From Saprospiraceae bacterium (GTDB lineage: Bacteria; Bacteroidota; Bacteroidia; Chitinophagales; Saprospiraceae), in contig JAQXAY010000148.1 of the NCBI GenBank assembly GCA_029252685.1, forward strand, positions 2,266 to 66,265: DNA of 64,000 nucleotides. Reading direction: 5' to 3'. Shown piece by piece: positions 10,061 through 20,283 of the stretch. Position 1 is the stretch's first letter. Each line of letters starts with the position of its first letter. The notes under the pieces are model-generated. The model was not told the origin of the DNA and did not search any database. It saw nothing but the letters and a program-made list of their open reading frames with translations. Made by a program: the position numbers and the translations under genes.

Positions 10061-10068
10061 TATTTTTG
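10061..10068 (+). promoter_or_regulatory. Candidate Bacteroidota -7 promoter box (TAnnTTTG) for mnmG
   Basis: TATTTTTG lies 18 nt upstream of the mnmG ATG. The octamer is expected by chance fairly often in AT-rich DNA. Confidence 0.3.
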
Positions 10069-10085
10069 TGCAAAATTTAGTTGTT

Positions 10086-11954
10086 ATGTTTCCAGAGTAT
10101 GATGTAATTGTGGTAGGTGCAGGGCACGCAGGTTGTGAAGCTGCGGTGGCTGCTGCCAATATGGGTTCAAAGGTGATGTTGGCAACGATGAACATGCAAA
10201 CGATAGCTCAAATGTCTTGTAATCCAGCGATGGGTGGTGTGGCAAAGGGGCAGATTGTTCGTGAAATCGATGCACTAGGTGGTTATTCCGGAATTATCAC
10301 TGATGCAACTCGCGTGCAATTCAGAATGCTCAACCGATCTAAGGGACCTGCAATGTGGAGCCCTCGTGCTCAATCTGACAGACATATGTTTGCCGCAATG
10401 TGGAGACAAAAGTTAGAAGAAAATCCAAATGTTGATTTTTGGCAGGAGATGATAGTTGGGCTTGTAGTAAAGGATGGTGTTGTCAAGGGTGTTAGAACGA
10501 GTATTGGATTAGAAATCCCAGGTAAAACGGTCATTCTTACCAATGGTACTTTTTTAAATGGGCTTATTCATATTGGTGAAAAGCAATTTGGAGGTGGTCG
10601 TGCGGGAGAACGCGCAGCTACTGGACTTACTGCTCAATTAACTGAACTTGGATTTGAGGCTGGAAGAATGAAGACGGGAACTCCTCCAAGAGTAGACGGT
10701 AGAACATTGGATTGGTCTAAAATGGAGGTACAACATGGTGATACAGATGTGGAGGGTAGATTTAGTTTTACTGATTCTGCATTGCCTGAAAAACAGATTC
10801 CTTGTCACATAACATTTACAAATGATGCTGTACATGAAATGTTGAAGACTGGCTTTGAACGTTCGCCGATGTTTAATGGGACGATTGAAGCTTTAGGACC
10901 GAGATATTGCCCTTCGATAGAAGACAAGATAAATCGATTTTCGGATAGAGACAGGCATCAGTTATTTGTAGAACCCGAGGGTTGGAATACTTGCGAAGTT
11001 TATGTTAATGGATTCTCCTCCTCTTTGCCAGAAGATATTCAGTACAAGGCAATGCGCCTGATTCCTGGTTTTGAAGAAGCCAAAATGTTTCGACCTGGTT
11101 ATGCCATTGAATATGATTTTTTCCAACCAACTCAACTGAAACCAACCCTAGAGACGAAGCTAGTTAAAAACCTCTTCTTTGCCGGTCAGATCAACGGTAC
11201 TACTGGATATGAAGAAGCTGGAGGTCAGGGACTGATGGCAGGAATTAATGCACATTTGAATATTCAGGAGCAGGGGCCATTTATCTTGAAGCGATCAGAA
11301 GGTTATATAGGTGTGCTTATCGATGACCTTGTGAATAAAGGTACTAAAGAGCCGTATAGAATGTTTACTTCAAGAGCGGAGTATCGCATCTTATTGCGTC
11401 AAGATAATGCAGATATTCGATTGACTCCGCTTGCTCATAAATTGGGTATGAAGGATATGGAAGATCGAATGGAACGTGTCAATAAAAAATTGGAAGAAGA
11501 GAAACAAATAGGTAAGTTCTTTGAGAACTACAGTATAGGGCCTGAAGTTTTGAATGAAACATTGGAAGAGCTTGGCGATAGTCTATTGAAGCAAAAAGTA
11601 AAATTGCTACCTGTATTGCTCAGACCAAAACTTAATATGGGAATTCTAGCAAATGCAGATGTTGAAGTCGGGACATTTTTATCTGCGTATGATAAAACAA
11701 CTCTTGAATATGCTGAGGTGGGAATGAAATATGCTGGATATATCAAAAAAGAACAGGAAATGGTTGACAAAATGATCCGTTTGGAGTCTGTAGCCTTGAG
11801 GGAAGATGAGGATTATGATTCATTAGTTTCCCTGTCTTTAGAGGCTAGAGAAAAGCTAAAAAAGGTTAGGCCTCTTTCTATTGGTCAGGCAAGCCGTATC
11901 TCAGGAATCTCTCCATCTGATATTTCTGTGCTTCTGGTTCACAAGGGTAGGTAA
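10086..11954 (+). CDS. mnmG: tRNA uridine 5-carboxymethylaminomethyl modification enzyme MnmG (GidA)
   Basis: FAD-binding N-terminus YDVIVVGAGHAGCEAA and full-length MnmG-like sequence. The start was moved from the track's GTG (10068) to the ATG at 10086 (MFPEYDVIVVG). Confidence 0.95.
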   Translation: MFPEYDVIVVGAGHAGCEAAVAAANMGSKVMLATMNMQTIAQMSCNPAMGGVAKGQIVREIDALGGYSGIITDATRVQFRMLNRSKGPAMWSPRAQSDRHMFAAMWRQKLEENPNVDFWQEMIVGLVVKDGVVKGVRTSIGLEIPGKTVILTNGTFLNGLIHIGEKQFGGGRAGERAATGLTAQLTELGFEAGRMKTGTPPRVDGRTLDWSKMEVQHGDTDVEGRFSFTDSALPEKQIPCHITFTNDAVHEMLKTGFERSPMFNGTIEALGPRYCPSIEDKINRFSDRDRHQLFVEPEGWNTCEVYVNGFSSSLPEDIQYKAMRLIPGFEEAKMFRPGYAIEYDFFQPTQLKPTLETKLVKNLFFAGQINGTTGYEEAGGQGLMAGINAHLNIQEQGPFILKRSEGYIGVLIDDLVNKGTKEPYRMFTSRAEYRILLRQDNADIRLTPLAHKLGMKDMEDRMERVNKKLEEEKQIGKFFENYSIGPEVLNETLEELGDSLLKQKVKLLPVLLRPKLNMGILANADVEVGTFLSAYDKTTLEYAEVGMKYAGYIKKEQEMVDKMIRLESVALREDEDYDSLVSLSLEAREKLKKVRPLSIGQASRISGISPSDISVLLVHKGR

Positions 11955-11957
11955 TTT

Positions 11958-13406
11958 ATGAAAAAAGAATTTCTGGTTAACATCTCTATTTTACTGGGCC
12001 TGAACCTAGTGATTAAGCCATTCTATGTTTTTGGCCTAGAACGAGGTGTACACGATCAACTTGGAAATGAATCCTTTGAACTTTACTTAAGTCTTTTCAG
12101 CATAGCAGTTATTTTTCAGATCATCAATGACCTGGGTATTCAAAGCTATACCTCTAAACGACTTTCGGAAGCACCCGAACTTATTCAGTCTTTATTCTCT
12201 AACTTTCTCGGATTCAAGCTTGTTCTTGGCTTGCTATACTTTTTACTATTATTTGCTGCTTCAGTGTTTCTTGGCTACGATAGGAGTAGTCAAATGCTAT
12301 TGTATGGTTTAGGTATTGTCCATTTTTTATCGGGGATACTACAATACTTAAGAGCAAATCTTGCTGGCATTGGTCGGTATAGGATAGATAGTTTATTATC
12401 AGCAGTTGATAGGAGTATTCTAATTGTCATTTTGTCAATTATTCTTTTCGGACAATGGGATATTAATTTTGACCTTAGCTGGTTTATTAGAGCGCAGATA
12501 CTTAGTATGGCTGTGTCTGTTGTGATAGGATTTCTTTTGTTAAGACCGTATTTAAAGGAGGTTGTGTGGACTTTAAATCGTTCTGTTTTTGTGAAGCAAG
12601 TGAAGGAAAGCCTGCCTTATGCAGTGGCAGTATTCCTGATGGCATTATACTCACGAATGGATCAGGTAATGCTTGAGCGAATGCTTACTGGTTCTGGTGA
12701 AGGAGGTGTGTATGGGATGAGTTATAGATTGTTGGACGTTTTAAATATGATCGGATTCCTATTTGCCGGATTGCTATTACCTATGTTTGCGAAGATGAAT
12801 TCGGAGGGGAGTGATGTGAAAGGCTTGATTGCTTTATCGGGAAAAATTTTATTCGGTGGGACTATTGTTTTGGCATTTTCAGTGTCGGCAGTTTCTTTTG
12901 ATTTGCTTGACTTTATGTATCCAAGCCTTGCAATAAGTTCGATAAATGTTGAAGTTACCCAGTATCTGATGGGAAGTCTAGTGATGATGAGTGGTGGGTA
13001 TATATTTGGTACTTATCTTGTGGCAACAGGAAGGCTAAAACGCTTGAATCTTTTGTTTGTAGCATCTTTAGTTTTGAATTTTACACTCAACCTTTTCTGG
13101 ATTAGGGAATATGGAGCAGCGGGGGCGGCAAAGGCTACTTTGATCACGCAGAGTCTTGTTTTTCTTGTTGAATTCATCTGGGTAAGTACTCTAAGGCTCA
13201 TTGATCACAAGGATCTGACATTAAGGGTGCTGTTTTTAGTTCTTTTGATGAGTTTCCTGATTTTAGGTGATCCTTTAACCTATATGAATCAATTTATGAT
13301 CAAGCTTTCAATCTATATTTTTATTGGATTGGCGGGAGGCTTTGTTTTTGGATTGTTCCCATTAAATGAATTTTTGAAAATACTTAAGTCGAAGGAAAAG
13401 CATTAG
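11958..13406 (+). CDS. Polysaccharide/oligosaccharide flippase (Wzx-like, MOP superfamily)
   Basis: 482 aa, about 12-14 TM helices. Begins 3 nt after the mnmG stop. Confidence 0.7.
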   Translation: MKKEFLVNISILLGLNLVIKPFYVFGLERGVHDQLGNESFELYLSLFSIAVIFQIINDLGIQSYTSKRLSEAPELIQSLFSNFLGFKLVLGLLYFLLLFAASVFLGYDRSSQMLLYGLGIVHFLSGILQYLRANLAGIGRYRIDSLLSAVDRSILIVILSIILFGQWDINFDLSWFIRAQILSMAVSVVIGFLLLRPYLKEVVWTLNRSVFVKQVKESLPYAVAVFLMALYSRMDQVMLERMLTGSGEGGVYGMSYRLLDVLNMIGFLFAGLLLPMFAKMNSEGSDVKGLIALSGKILFGGTIVLAFSVSAVSFDLLDFMYPSLAISSINVEVTQYLMGSLVMMSGGYIFGTYLVATGRLKRLNLLFVASLVLNFTLNLFWIREYGAAGAAKATLITQSLVFLVEFIWVSTLRLIDHKDLTLRVLFLVLLMSFLILGDPLTYMNQFMIKLSIYIFIGLAGGFVFGLFPLNEFLKILKSKEKH

Positions 13407-13464
13407 AATAGAAATGAAATCAATTCTTTGTTTAGATATAAGCTTTAAGAATTGTTTTATTTCA

Positions 13465-13472
13465 TACTTTTG
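13465..13472 (+). promoter_or_regulatory. Candidate -7 promoter box (TAnnTTTG) for the Wzz-like gene
   Basis: TACTTTTG lies 44 nt upstream of the ATG at 13516. I saw no well-spaced -33 TTTG. Confidence 0.25.
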
Positions 13473-13515
13473 TACTTACTAATTAATCGAAAAGCGTTAG
13501 ACAAAAAATATAGCA

Positions 13516-14616
13516 ATGGATCAGAAGGATAGTTTACTGGGTGTAGTTGGTTCCATTTATAAGTGGAGAAAACAGATCATAGGTTTTTCTTTTGGTATTG
13601 CTGTCATCATGGCAGTAGTTTCTTTGTTTCTTCCTAATTACTTTAAGTCTGTTACAATTTTCTATGCTGCAAGTCCAGACCTAGCAAGTCCTGAGGCACT
13701 CTTTGGTAAATCCAACGAGTCTATGGAATACTATGGAGAGGATGAAGATGTGGATCGTATTATGACTATCGCTAAGTCTAATGAATTAAAAGATTTTTTG
13801 ATTGCAAAATACAATCTCTATGAGCACTACGAGATTGATAGTACACACATCAAGGCTAAGTTTAAGATCTATGAGCGTTTGGATAAGTTGTATGAGGTTG
13901 AAAAGACAAAGTATGATGCTATTGAGTTGAGTTTCGAGGATAAGGATAAAGCCTTAGCTACTAATATGGCAAATGATTCACGCCTTAAGATTGATGAGAT
14001 CGGACAACGTTTGATCAAGCAATCTCAAGCTCAGGTATTGAGAACCTATGAAGAGAATATTCGTATAAAACTTGAAGAGCTAAACATCTTAAACGATAGT
14101 ATTCGTTATGTAAGACAAAAGTATGGTGTTTATAATCCTGTGACTCAATCAGAGCAATTGTCAACCTTCTCTGCAAAAGCAAATTCTGCGCTTCAAAGGG
14201 ATAAGGCAAAGTTAAACGCCTACAAGCAAATGTCAAATCCAAATAGTGATTCTATTCTTATAGTTCAATCGAGAGTAACAGGCGCTAAAGCAGAATTAAA
14301 GCAGCTTGCCTATATGACTTCTGAATTCAATAAGGGTATGGCCACTGTTGAGGTTCTTGCAGAAATTCAAGAAGAGAGTTCAAAGCAGTTGGGTGAGGAT
14401 AAAGAACGATATAAGCAGATTCAATCTGCTTACAGCTCACAATTCCCTACTATTCATACCGTTGAATTAGCGGAGACTCCTGTTGTAAAGAGCCGTCCGA
14501 AACGCAGTATATTAGTTGTTCTAGCAGGTGCACTTTCTTTCTTTTTCTTGGCAGTAGCTTCCATAATTGTAGAAGCATACAAAGATGTTGATTGGAAAGA
14601 GGTACTTAACCAATAA
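13516..14616 (+). CDS. Polysaccharide chain-length determinant (Wzz/PCP-like) protein
   Basis: 366 aa. Has an N-terminal TM helix, a long coiled-coil periplasmic region and a C-terminal TM helix (ILVVLAGALSFFFLAVASIIV), matching PCP topology. Confidence 0.65.
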   Translation: MDQKDSLLGVVGSIYKWRKQIIGFSFGIAVIMAVVSLFLPNYFKSVTIFYAASPDLASPEALFGKSNESMEYYGEDEDVDRIMTIAKSNELKDFLIAKYNLYEHYEIDSTHIKAKFKIYERLDKLYEVEKTKYDAIELSFEDKDKALATNMANDSRLKIDEIGQRLIKQSQAQVLRTYEENIRIKLEELNILNDSIRYVRQKYGVYNPVTQSEQLSTFSAKANSALQRDKAKLNAYKQMSNPNSDSILIVQSRVTGAKAELKQLAYMTSEFNKGMATVEVLAEIQEESSKQLGEDKERYKQIQSAYSSQFPTIHTVELAETPVVKSRPKRSILVVLAGALSFFFLAVASIIVEAYKDVDWKEVLNQ

Positions 14617-14622
14617 ATTCTA

Positions 14623-15750
14623 TCAATTCTGAATTAGTATTTTTGCGTAGCCAGTGTTTTCTAAAAAGAGCAAATAAAGTCCATCTGTGTAGTTTTTATT
14701 CAAGTGCAATTCACTTTGATTAATGACTCCTTGCTCAATCAATATTCCACTGCTGTTGAATAATCTATAAGTGTGTTCTTTTGAATGATCCAGTCCGATC
14801 AGGCTAAAGGTATCTTTACCTGGGTTCGGAGCAATTTGAAAGAATCGGTTAATATCTTTTTGACTCGTAGAGCTAGTTGGATTCAGAAATTTGGAGAAGA
14901 AGTACCAAATTTCAAGGCTCGAGTTGATATCCATATTGCCCCAAGCTCCAGGCCAATCATGTCCGCCATTCTGTACCTTGTAGAGCCATACTTCACTGTC
15001 ATTTATGCCTCCCGTGTAGGACTCCCAAAGTATTACACTGCCGTCAGATAGATTGATGTTAGGCATATTGGTAGAGTTATAAACAGAACAGCTATTAGCA
15101 GTTTTCCAAAATTCAATGACATCAGGAATAGACATGTAAGCTCCCCAACCATCTTGATTGTTAATATCTCCATCATAATAAGTAATATCATCATCTGTTC
15201 CGTGTATTTCAAATACAGGAACTCCGGTTGCAGGACAGTCGTCGTAAATATATTTCATCATGGTGCCTGCAACAGGAGCAATCGCCCGAAAATGATCTGA
15301 AGCTTCACAGGCCAATTTGTAAGACATATCTCCTCCATTGCTTAGACCAGTAGAGAAGGTTTTACTTGGACTTAGATTGTATGTTTCTTGGAGGTAGGAA
15401 GTGAGTTGAATTAAGAAATCTACATCATCAACTGTTTCGTTGTTATGAAATTCATATCCCACATTGAAAAATCTATTGCCGCTATTGTCTTTCGTCCCAT
15501 TAGGATAGCACACTGCGAATCCAAATTGATCTGCAATGGCATTCATACCTGAGTAGTTCCTAATACCAGTAGCATTTCCAGTATAACCATGCATGACGAC
15601 TATCAAAGGAGCATCCGCTGGGCAATTATCAGGAATATGTATAAGATATTGACGATTCTCTCCTTGGTGTTCAAAGATCTCGTATTGAGCAGCTAGAAAG
15701 CACGGCGATAGTACAAGTAATAGCAGGAGTAAATTATTCTTGACAGACAT
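14623..15750 (-). CDS. Secreted PHB-depolymerase-family esterase with T9SS C-terminal sorting domain
   Basis: Signal peptide, PLIVVMHGYTG oxyanion region and GLSNGG nucleophile elbow. The roughly 75-aa tail (FQIAPNPGKDTFSL...GLYLLFLENTGYAKILIQN) looks like a T9SS CTD. Confidence 0.75.
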   Translation of the reverse strand: MSVKNNLLLLLLVLSPCFLAAQYEIFEHQGENRQYLIHIPDNCPADAPLIVVMHGYTGNATGIRNYSGMNAIADQFGFAVCYPNGTKDNSGNRFFNVGYEFHNNETVDDVDFLIQLTSYLQETYNLSPSKTFSTGLSNGGDMSYKLACEASDHFRAIAPVAGTMMKYIYDDCPATGVPVFEIHGTDDDITYYDGDINNQDGWGAYMSIPDVIEFWKTANSCSVYNSTNMPNINLSDGSVILWESYTGGINDSEVWLYKVQNGGHDWPGAWGNMDINSSLEIWYFFSKFLNPTSSTSQKDINRFFQIAPNPGKDTFSLIGLDHSKEHTYRLFNSSGILIEQGVINQSELHLNKNYTDGLYLLFLENTGYAKILIQN

Positions 15751-15811
15751 ATTAGATGATTTTATAATTAAATATAATCAGCAATTATTTACCTACTAAA
15801 TTATTCAGCAA

Positions 15812-16501
15812 TTATCTTTTTTGTTTATTGAATAGTAATAAGCACTCATAGGCAGGTAGTAATGTCTTGGATTTGAAGTGTTTGTGGTTTAGTCTGTTTT
15901 GGTGTAATTCCATGATTTCTTCATCTTCCGAGATGAATTTATCAACAACCTTTACGATTTTGAATAAACGTCCAGGGTCTTCATTTTCAGGAATGTTCTT
16001 TGCCTCAAAACCTTTGAGTGCCTTTTGAAGTAGATTTAAGTTGTAGGGGCAGTATAATTCAGGTGAGGAGAGAAAGAGGTAGAGCGTGCTCATCCAGTGG
16101 TCACTATCGTGATAATGTCCAAGGTCATGTGCTTTCGGATTTTGTTTTTTCCAAACACTATACATTTCATCGCAATGAAAAATAAAACGATTGAGTCTTC
16201 CGTCAAGACTGTTTTCAGCCCTAAACAAGTCTTTAAAAGTCCATCGAACCATGTCCTTATCCATCTGAATGAACTTCAGCATCATCTGCTTTGGAAATTT
16301 TGCTTCCATCGTCCAAAGGCTTCTAGAGCTTGAGTTCTGCAAGGCCATATCTAGGGCGTTGGCTAGATCTTCTGCTTCTAGGTCGAAGTTTTTCTGGAAG
16401 TTTTCTACACTTTCCCAAAGATATAGATTGTCATAAGATTCGGGTCCTTTAAGCCAACTCCTATAAACTTCAATTTGCTCTTTGATGCGTTGTAAATTCA
16501 T
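15812..16501 (-). CDS. Hypothetical cytoplasmic protein
   Basis: 229-aa ORF, helical, His-rich patch (HDLGHYHDSDHW), no recognisable family. Confidence 0.5.
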   Translation of the reverse strand: MNLQRIKEQIEVYRSWLKGPESYDNLYLWESVENFQKNFDLEAEDLANALDMALQNSSSRSLWTMEAKFPKQMMLKFIQMDKDMVRWTFKDLFRAENSLDGRLNRFIFHCDEMYSVWKKQNPKAHDLGHYHDSDHWMSTLYLFLSSPELYCPYNLNLLQKALKGFEAKNIPENEDPGRLFKIVKVVDKFISEDEEIMELHQNRLNHKHFKSKTLLPAYECLLLFNKQKR

Positions 16502-16577
16502 AATAGATATGGATAGGAATATAATGACAAGGATGATGAATTAGTTTTATTTCCAATCATCATCCTTGTATGTGAAA

Positions 16578-18272
16578 TTATGCTTGAATTTTAGCATTTA
16601 CTGTAGCTCTGATTTCTGTTTCTAGAGCATCTGCTTTTTCCGTTATTTCCTTTCCGCGTTTAAGGATGTCTGCAACGAAAGTCTTGTCTTCAAGATCCAT
16701 TGTATTGATCTGTACATTCATGTAAGCTCCATGGACTGCTGCTCTTGCGCATAGGGCACCCACTCCTGCATCTGTTACAGAGTTTGGATTTCCGAAGTCA
16801 GCCATAGCTTTGATCACTTCAAAAGAATCTAGCGATGCCTGCATTACGGTAAAAGGAACTTCTATTGCGTATTTTGTGGCGTCTTGAATAGCCTGATGTC
16901 TTTTAGCTTTTTCTGCATCCGATGATTTTGGAAGTCGGATAGCATGAATGATCGCATTAAAAGAACGGGTATCTTCGTCTACCAACTTCAGAAGTTGATT
17001 TTTGATTGATTGTCCCTTTTCTGCCCATGTTCCAAACTCTTCCCATCGATCATCCCATACTCTTCTGTTTGAGGACAGGTTGGCAACCATTGTGCCTAGT
17101 GAAATACCTAAAGCACCAACATAGGCTGATATAGATCCACCTCCTGGGGCTGGGCTTTCAGAAGCAGTTTCATTTGCAAAAGCTTTCAGATCCATTTCAA
17201 GAAGTGGATCTCTTTGATCATTTGCCAAAACGTATTCTATGATCTTTTTCTCTGGGTCAAATGGACTTAGTTCATCTAGACCAAGCGTTTTGACTGCAAT
17301 CTTTATAATTTCAGATTCGGCTATCCCTAGACTTCTTTTTTGTTTGCGAAGAAAGTGCTTTCCAGCGTCCAACATTACTTTCAGTGGAACGAGTCCTACG
17401 AGTTCAGAACCTGTTACCCGCATACCTCTTTCTTGCGCTGAATCACAAACCGCTTCAAAAGCTTCATGTAGGCTGGTGATAGATATATTGGTTAGGTTCA
17501 TGGATATTTGAGCAATGCCGTATTCTTCAATATACCATCCTATACCTTTTACTGCTTTGAGCTTTCCAGCTTGGCGTATTGGATCACCATTTTCATCTTT
17601 CAATACTTTTCCATTGACGCGGTCTCCTTCTCTTTTAACACGGCCTGCTTCTCTTACATCAAAGGCAACAGAGTTTGCACGCCTTACGGAAGTTGTGTTT
17701 AGGTTGATATTGTATGCAACTAAGAAATCACGAGCACCGATTGCTGTAGCACCCGCTTTTGCGTTAAACACAGCAGGTCCATAGTCTGGCTTCCAAGCTT
17801 CTTTGGATAGTTTTTCCTGTAGAGCTTCGTATTCTCCAGATCGGACAGTTGCCAGGTTTTTCCATTCAGGCTTAGTTGCTGCATTCTCATATAGATAAAA
17901 AGGGATGTCAGTTGATTCACCTACCATCTTACCAAGCTTGTGAGCATATTCTACCACTTCATCCATAGAGATGTTAGCAATCGGAATTAAAGGACATACA
18001 TCCGTAGCGCCCATTCTAGGGTGCTCTCCTTTGTGCTTAGACATGTCAATGAGTTCAGCTGCTTTCTTGATCGCTTTGGCAGCAGCTTCTATAACGGGTT
18101 GGGGTTCTCCTACAAAGGTTACAACAGTTCTGTTTGTTGCTTTACCAGGATCTACATCCAGCAGTTTTACACCTTCTACGGTTTCGATCTCTGCTGTGAT
18201 CTGATCTATTATTTTCATATCGCGTCCTTCACTGAAGTTAGGAACGCACTCGATTAGTTGTTTACTGTTCAT
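16578..18272 (-). CDS. ftcD: Bifunctional glutamate formimidoyltransferase / formimidoyltetrahydrofolate cyclodeaminase
   Basis: 564 aa. Has the N-terminal transferase signature (ECVPNFSEGR) and a C-terminal helical cyclodeaminase domain (APGGGSISAYVGALG). Confidence 0.9.
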   Translation of the reverse strand: MNSKQLIECVPNFSEGRDMKIIDQITAEIETVEGVKLLDVDPGKATNRTVVTFVGEPQPVIEAAAKAIKKAAELIDMSKHKGEHPRMGATDVCPLIPIANISMDEVVEYAHKLGKMVGESTDIPFYLYENAATKPEWKNLATVRSGEYEALQEKLSKEAWKPDYGPAVFNAKAGATAIGARDFLVAYNINLNTTSVRRANSVAFDVREAGRVKREGDRVNGKVLKDENGDPIRQAGKLKAVKGIGWYIEEYGIAQISMNLTNISITSLHEAFEAVCDSAQERGMRVTGSELVGLVPLKVMLDAGKHFLRKQKRSLGIAESEIIKIAVKTLGLDELSPFDPEKKIIEYVLANDQRDPLLEMDLKAFANETASESPAPGGGSISAYVGALGISLGTMVANLSSNRRVWDDRWEEFGTWAEKGQSIKNQLLKLVDEDTRSFNAIIHAIRLPKSSDAEKAKRHQAIQDATKYAIEVPFTVMQASLDSFEVIKAMADFGNPNSVTDAGVGALCARAAVHGAYMNVQINTMDLEDKTFVADILKRGKEITEKADALETEIRATVNAKIQA

Positions 18273-18329
18273 GTTCTAATTAATTGGCTAGTATTATGAA
18301 GCGAAAATAGATATAACCCTATAAATGAA

Positions 18330-18365
18330 AAAGGGATAAGCAAGTTATTTCTTACCTATCCCTTT
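18330..18365 (-). terminator. Possible intrinsic terminator after the acyl-CoA synthetase gene
   Basis: 9-bp arms aaagggata/tatcccttt with a long 18-nt loop. A short T-run follows on the minus strand. Confidence 0.4.
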
Positions 18366-18387
18366 TATATGTTTAATATTGGATCAG

Positions 18388-20211
18388 TTATTCTGAATAC
18401 ATAGCATCAATGTGCGCTTTGTATTTACTTCTAATCACTCTTCTTTTCAACTTCATGGTTGGTGTCAACTCACCTTCAGCTCCATCTGGTTTGATTGGCT
18501 CCCAAGAATCATTGATAAGCGTAAATTTCTTGATCTGTTCTATTTTAGAGAAATTAGGATTATAGGCATCTACAATACGCTGGTACTTGTCAATAACGGC
18601 GTTTGTTTTAAGCATCTCTTCCATATTTGTCCAGGTCATACCTTTGTGTTCACACCAATCTTTTAGTGCTTCTTCAGCAGGTAAAATTACTGCAGATACA
18701 AACTTTTTACTCTCTCCTACGACCATGATTTGTTCTACAAGGAAGTCTTCTTTGAGCTTACTCTCAATTGGAGCGGGAGCTACATATTTACCACCTGAGG
18801 TCTTAAGGAGTTCTTTTTTACGATCGGTGATTTTTAAGTATTTATTGCCACCAGGTCCGTCTAAAAGGGTTCCTATGTCACCAGTTTTCAACCAGCGTTT
18901 ACCATCTTCTTCAAGAATTACATCAGCTGTCTTTTCAGGTTGCTTATAATAACCCATCATGATATTTTCTCCCGCTGCTAGGATCTCTCCTTCTCCAGGA
19001 CCGTAGGCTTCTTCTTCGATGATACGAACTTCAACATTGTCTAAAGGAATACCTACAGAACCAAGTAATGCTTGTTCACTATTAAAGTAGTTTACTGATA
19101 TCCCCGGAGCAGATTCTGTTAGTCCGTATGCTTCACGGATGGGAATTCCTGCTGCAGAGAAAATTCTTGCCATCTTTACCGGGCAAGGTGCTGCTCCTGT
19201 TACAATTCCTTTTACATGACCGCCTAATGCTTCTCTCCATTTGCTGTAGATTAACTTATCAGCGATCTTGAATTTCAATCCTGCAAGTCCAGTTGGATTA
19301 TACTGGTAGTTATAATTATCGGCTTGCTTCAGTGCCCAAAAGAATAGGTTTTTCTTTACGCCTGTCAGCTCTAACCCTTTATTGTAAATTTTTTCATATA
19401 CCTTTTCAAGTAGTCTAGGAACAGATGTAAAGAAGTGTGGTTTCACATCTTTTATAGCTCCTTCGTCACCACCAAGGGTGTCTACCGAGGTGAAATAAAC
19501 TGTGAAGCAATTGTCGATATAGGTATAGATTGCTGTGCGCTCAAAGATATGACAGATCGGTAAGAAAGATAAGACTCTAGATTCTGGTCCTATAGGCCAC
19601 AATGGTTTCAAAGCAGTAACATTTGCGATGATATTCTTGTGGGATAGCATTACACCTTTAGGGTTACCTGTAGTTCCAGATGTGTATATGATGGTTGCCA
19701 TATCCTCTGTTTTTACAGCGGCCATCCTTTTTTCAACTTCATCTTGTCCTTCATCATCAAAGATGGATGTCCAGCTTTTAACCTCTTTATTGTTGTCAAA
19801 AGCGAATACATCTTTAAGTGAGGTTAGTTTTTCTTTTGCACCCATTACCTTGTCAACGAGGTCGTCTTTACCACAAAAGCAATATTTTACCTCCGCTTCA
19901 TTGAATATGTATTCATATTCTCCTACACTGATCGTTGGGTAGACTGGTACATTGATTGCTCCAATTTGCTGAATTGCAATATCCATAATTACCCATTCTG
20001 GGCGATTAGTATAGGTTACCATTGCAATTTTATCTCCGGCTTGTACGCCCAATTTTATTAAACCTCGACTTGCTTTATTTGCAGTATCTATGATATAATC
20101 TGTACTATATGGCTTCCAGGTATTTCCTTCTTTAAAGTTGAGCGTATTACCTAAAGGATGGTTTGCTTTTTGTTTATGTATGAAATCGAAAAGTCTGGTT
20201 GTATTGATCAT
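18388..20211 (-). CDS. Long-chain fatty-acid--CoA ligase (AMP-forming)
   Basis: 607 aa with all adenylate-forming motifs: YTSGTTGNPKGVMLSH, GYGLTE, TGD, hinge DRKKELLKTSGGKYVAP and a complete C-terminal domain. Confidence 0.9.
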   Translation of the reverse strand: MINTTRLFDFIHKQKANHPLGNTLNFKEGNTWKPYSTDYIIDTANKASRGLIKLGVQAGDKIAMVTYTNRPEWVIMDIAIQQIGAINVPVYPTISVGEYEYIFNEAEVKYCFCGKDDLVDKVMGAKEKLTSLKDVFAFDNNKEVKSWTSIFDDEGQDEVEKRMAAVKTEDMATIIYTSGTTGNPKGVMLSHKNIIANVTALKPLWPIGPESRVLSFLPICHIFERTAIYTYIDNCFTVYFTSVDTLGGDEGAIKDVKPHFFTSVPRLLEKVYEKIYNKGLELTGVKKNLFFWALKQADNYNYQYNPTGLAGLKFKIADKLIYSKWREALGGHVKGIVTGAAPCPVKMARIFSAAGIPIREAYGLTESAPGISVNYFNSEQALLGSVGIPLDNVEVRIIEEEAYGPGEGEILAAGENIMMGYYKQPEKTADVILEEDGKRWLKTGDIGTLLDGPGGNKYLKITDRKKELLKTSGGKYVAPAPIESKLKEDFLVEQIMVVGESKKFVSAVILPAEEALKDWCEHKGMTWTNMEEMLKTNAVIDKYQRIVDAYNPNFSKIEQIKKFTLINDSWEPIKPDGAEGELTPTMKLKRRVIRSKYKAHIDAMYSE

Positions 20212-20283
20212 ATCTATGTTGTTTCATTATTAATGATGCGTATGTAATATAAATATATTTTTCAGCAATTGATTTATCTACAT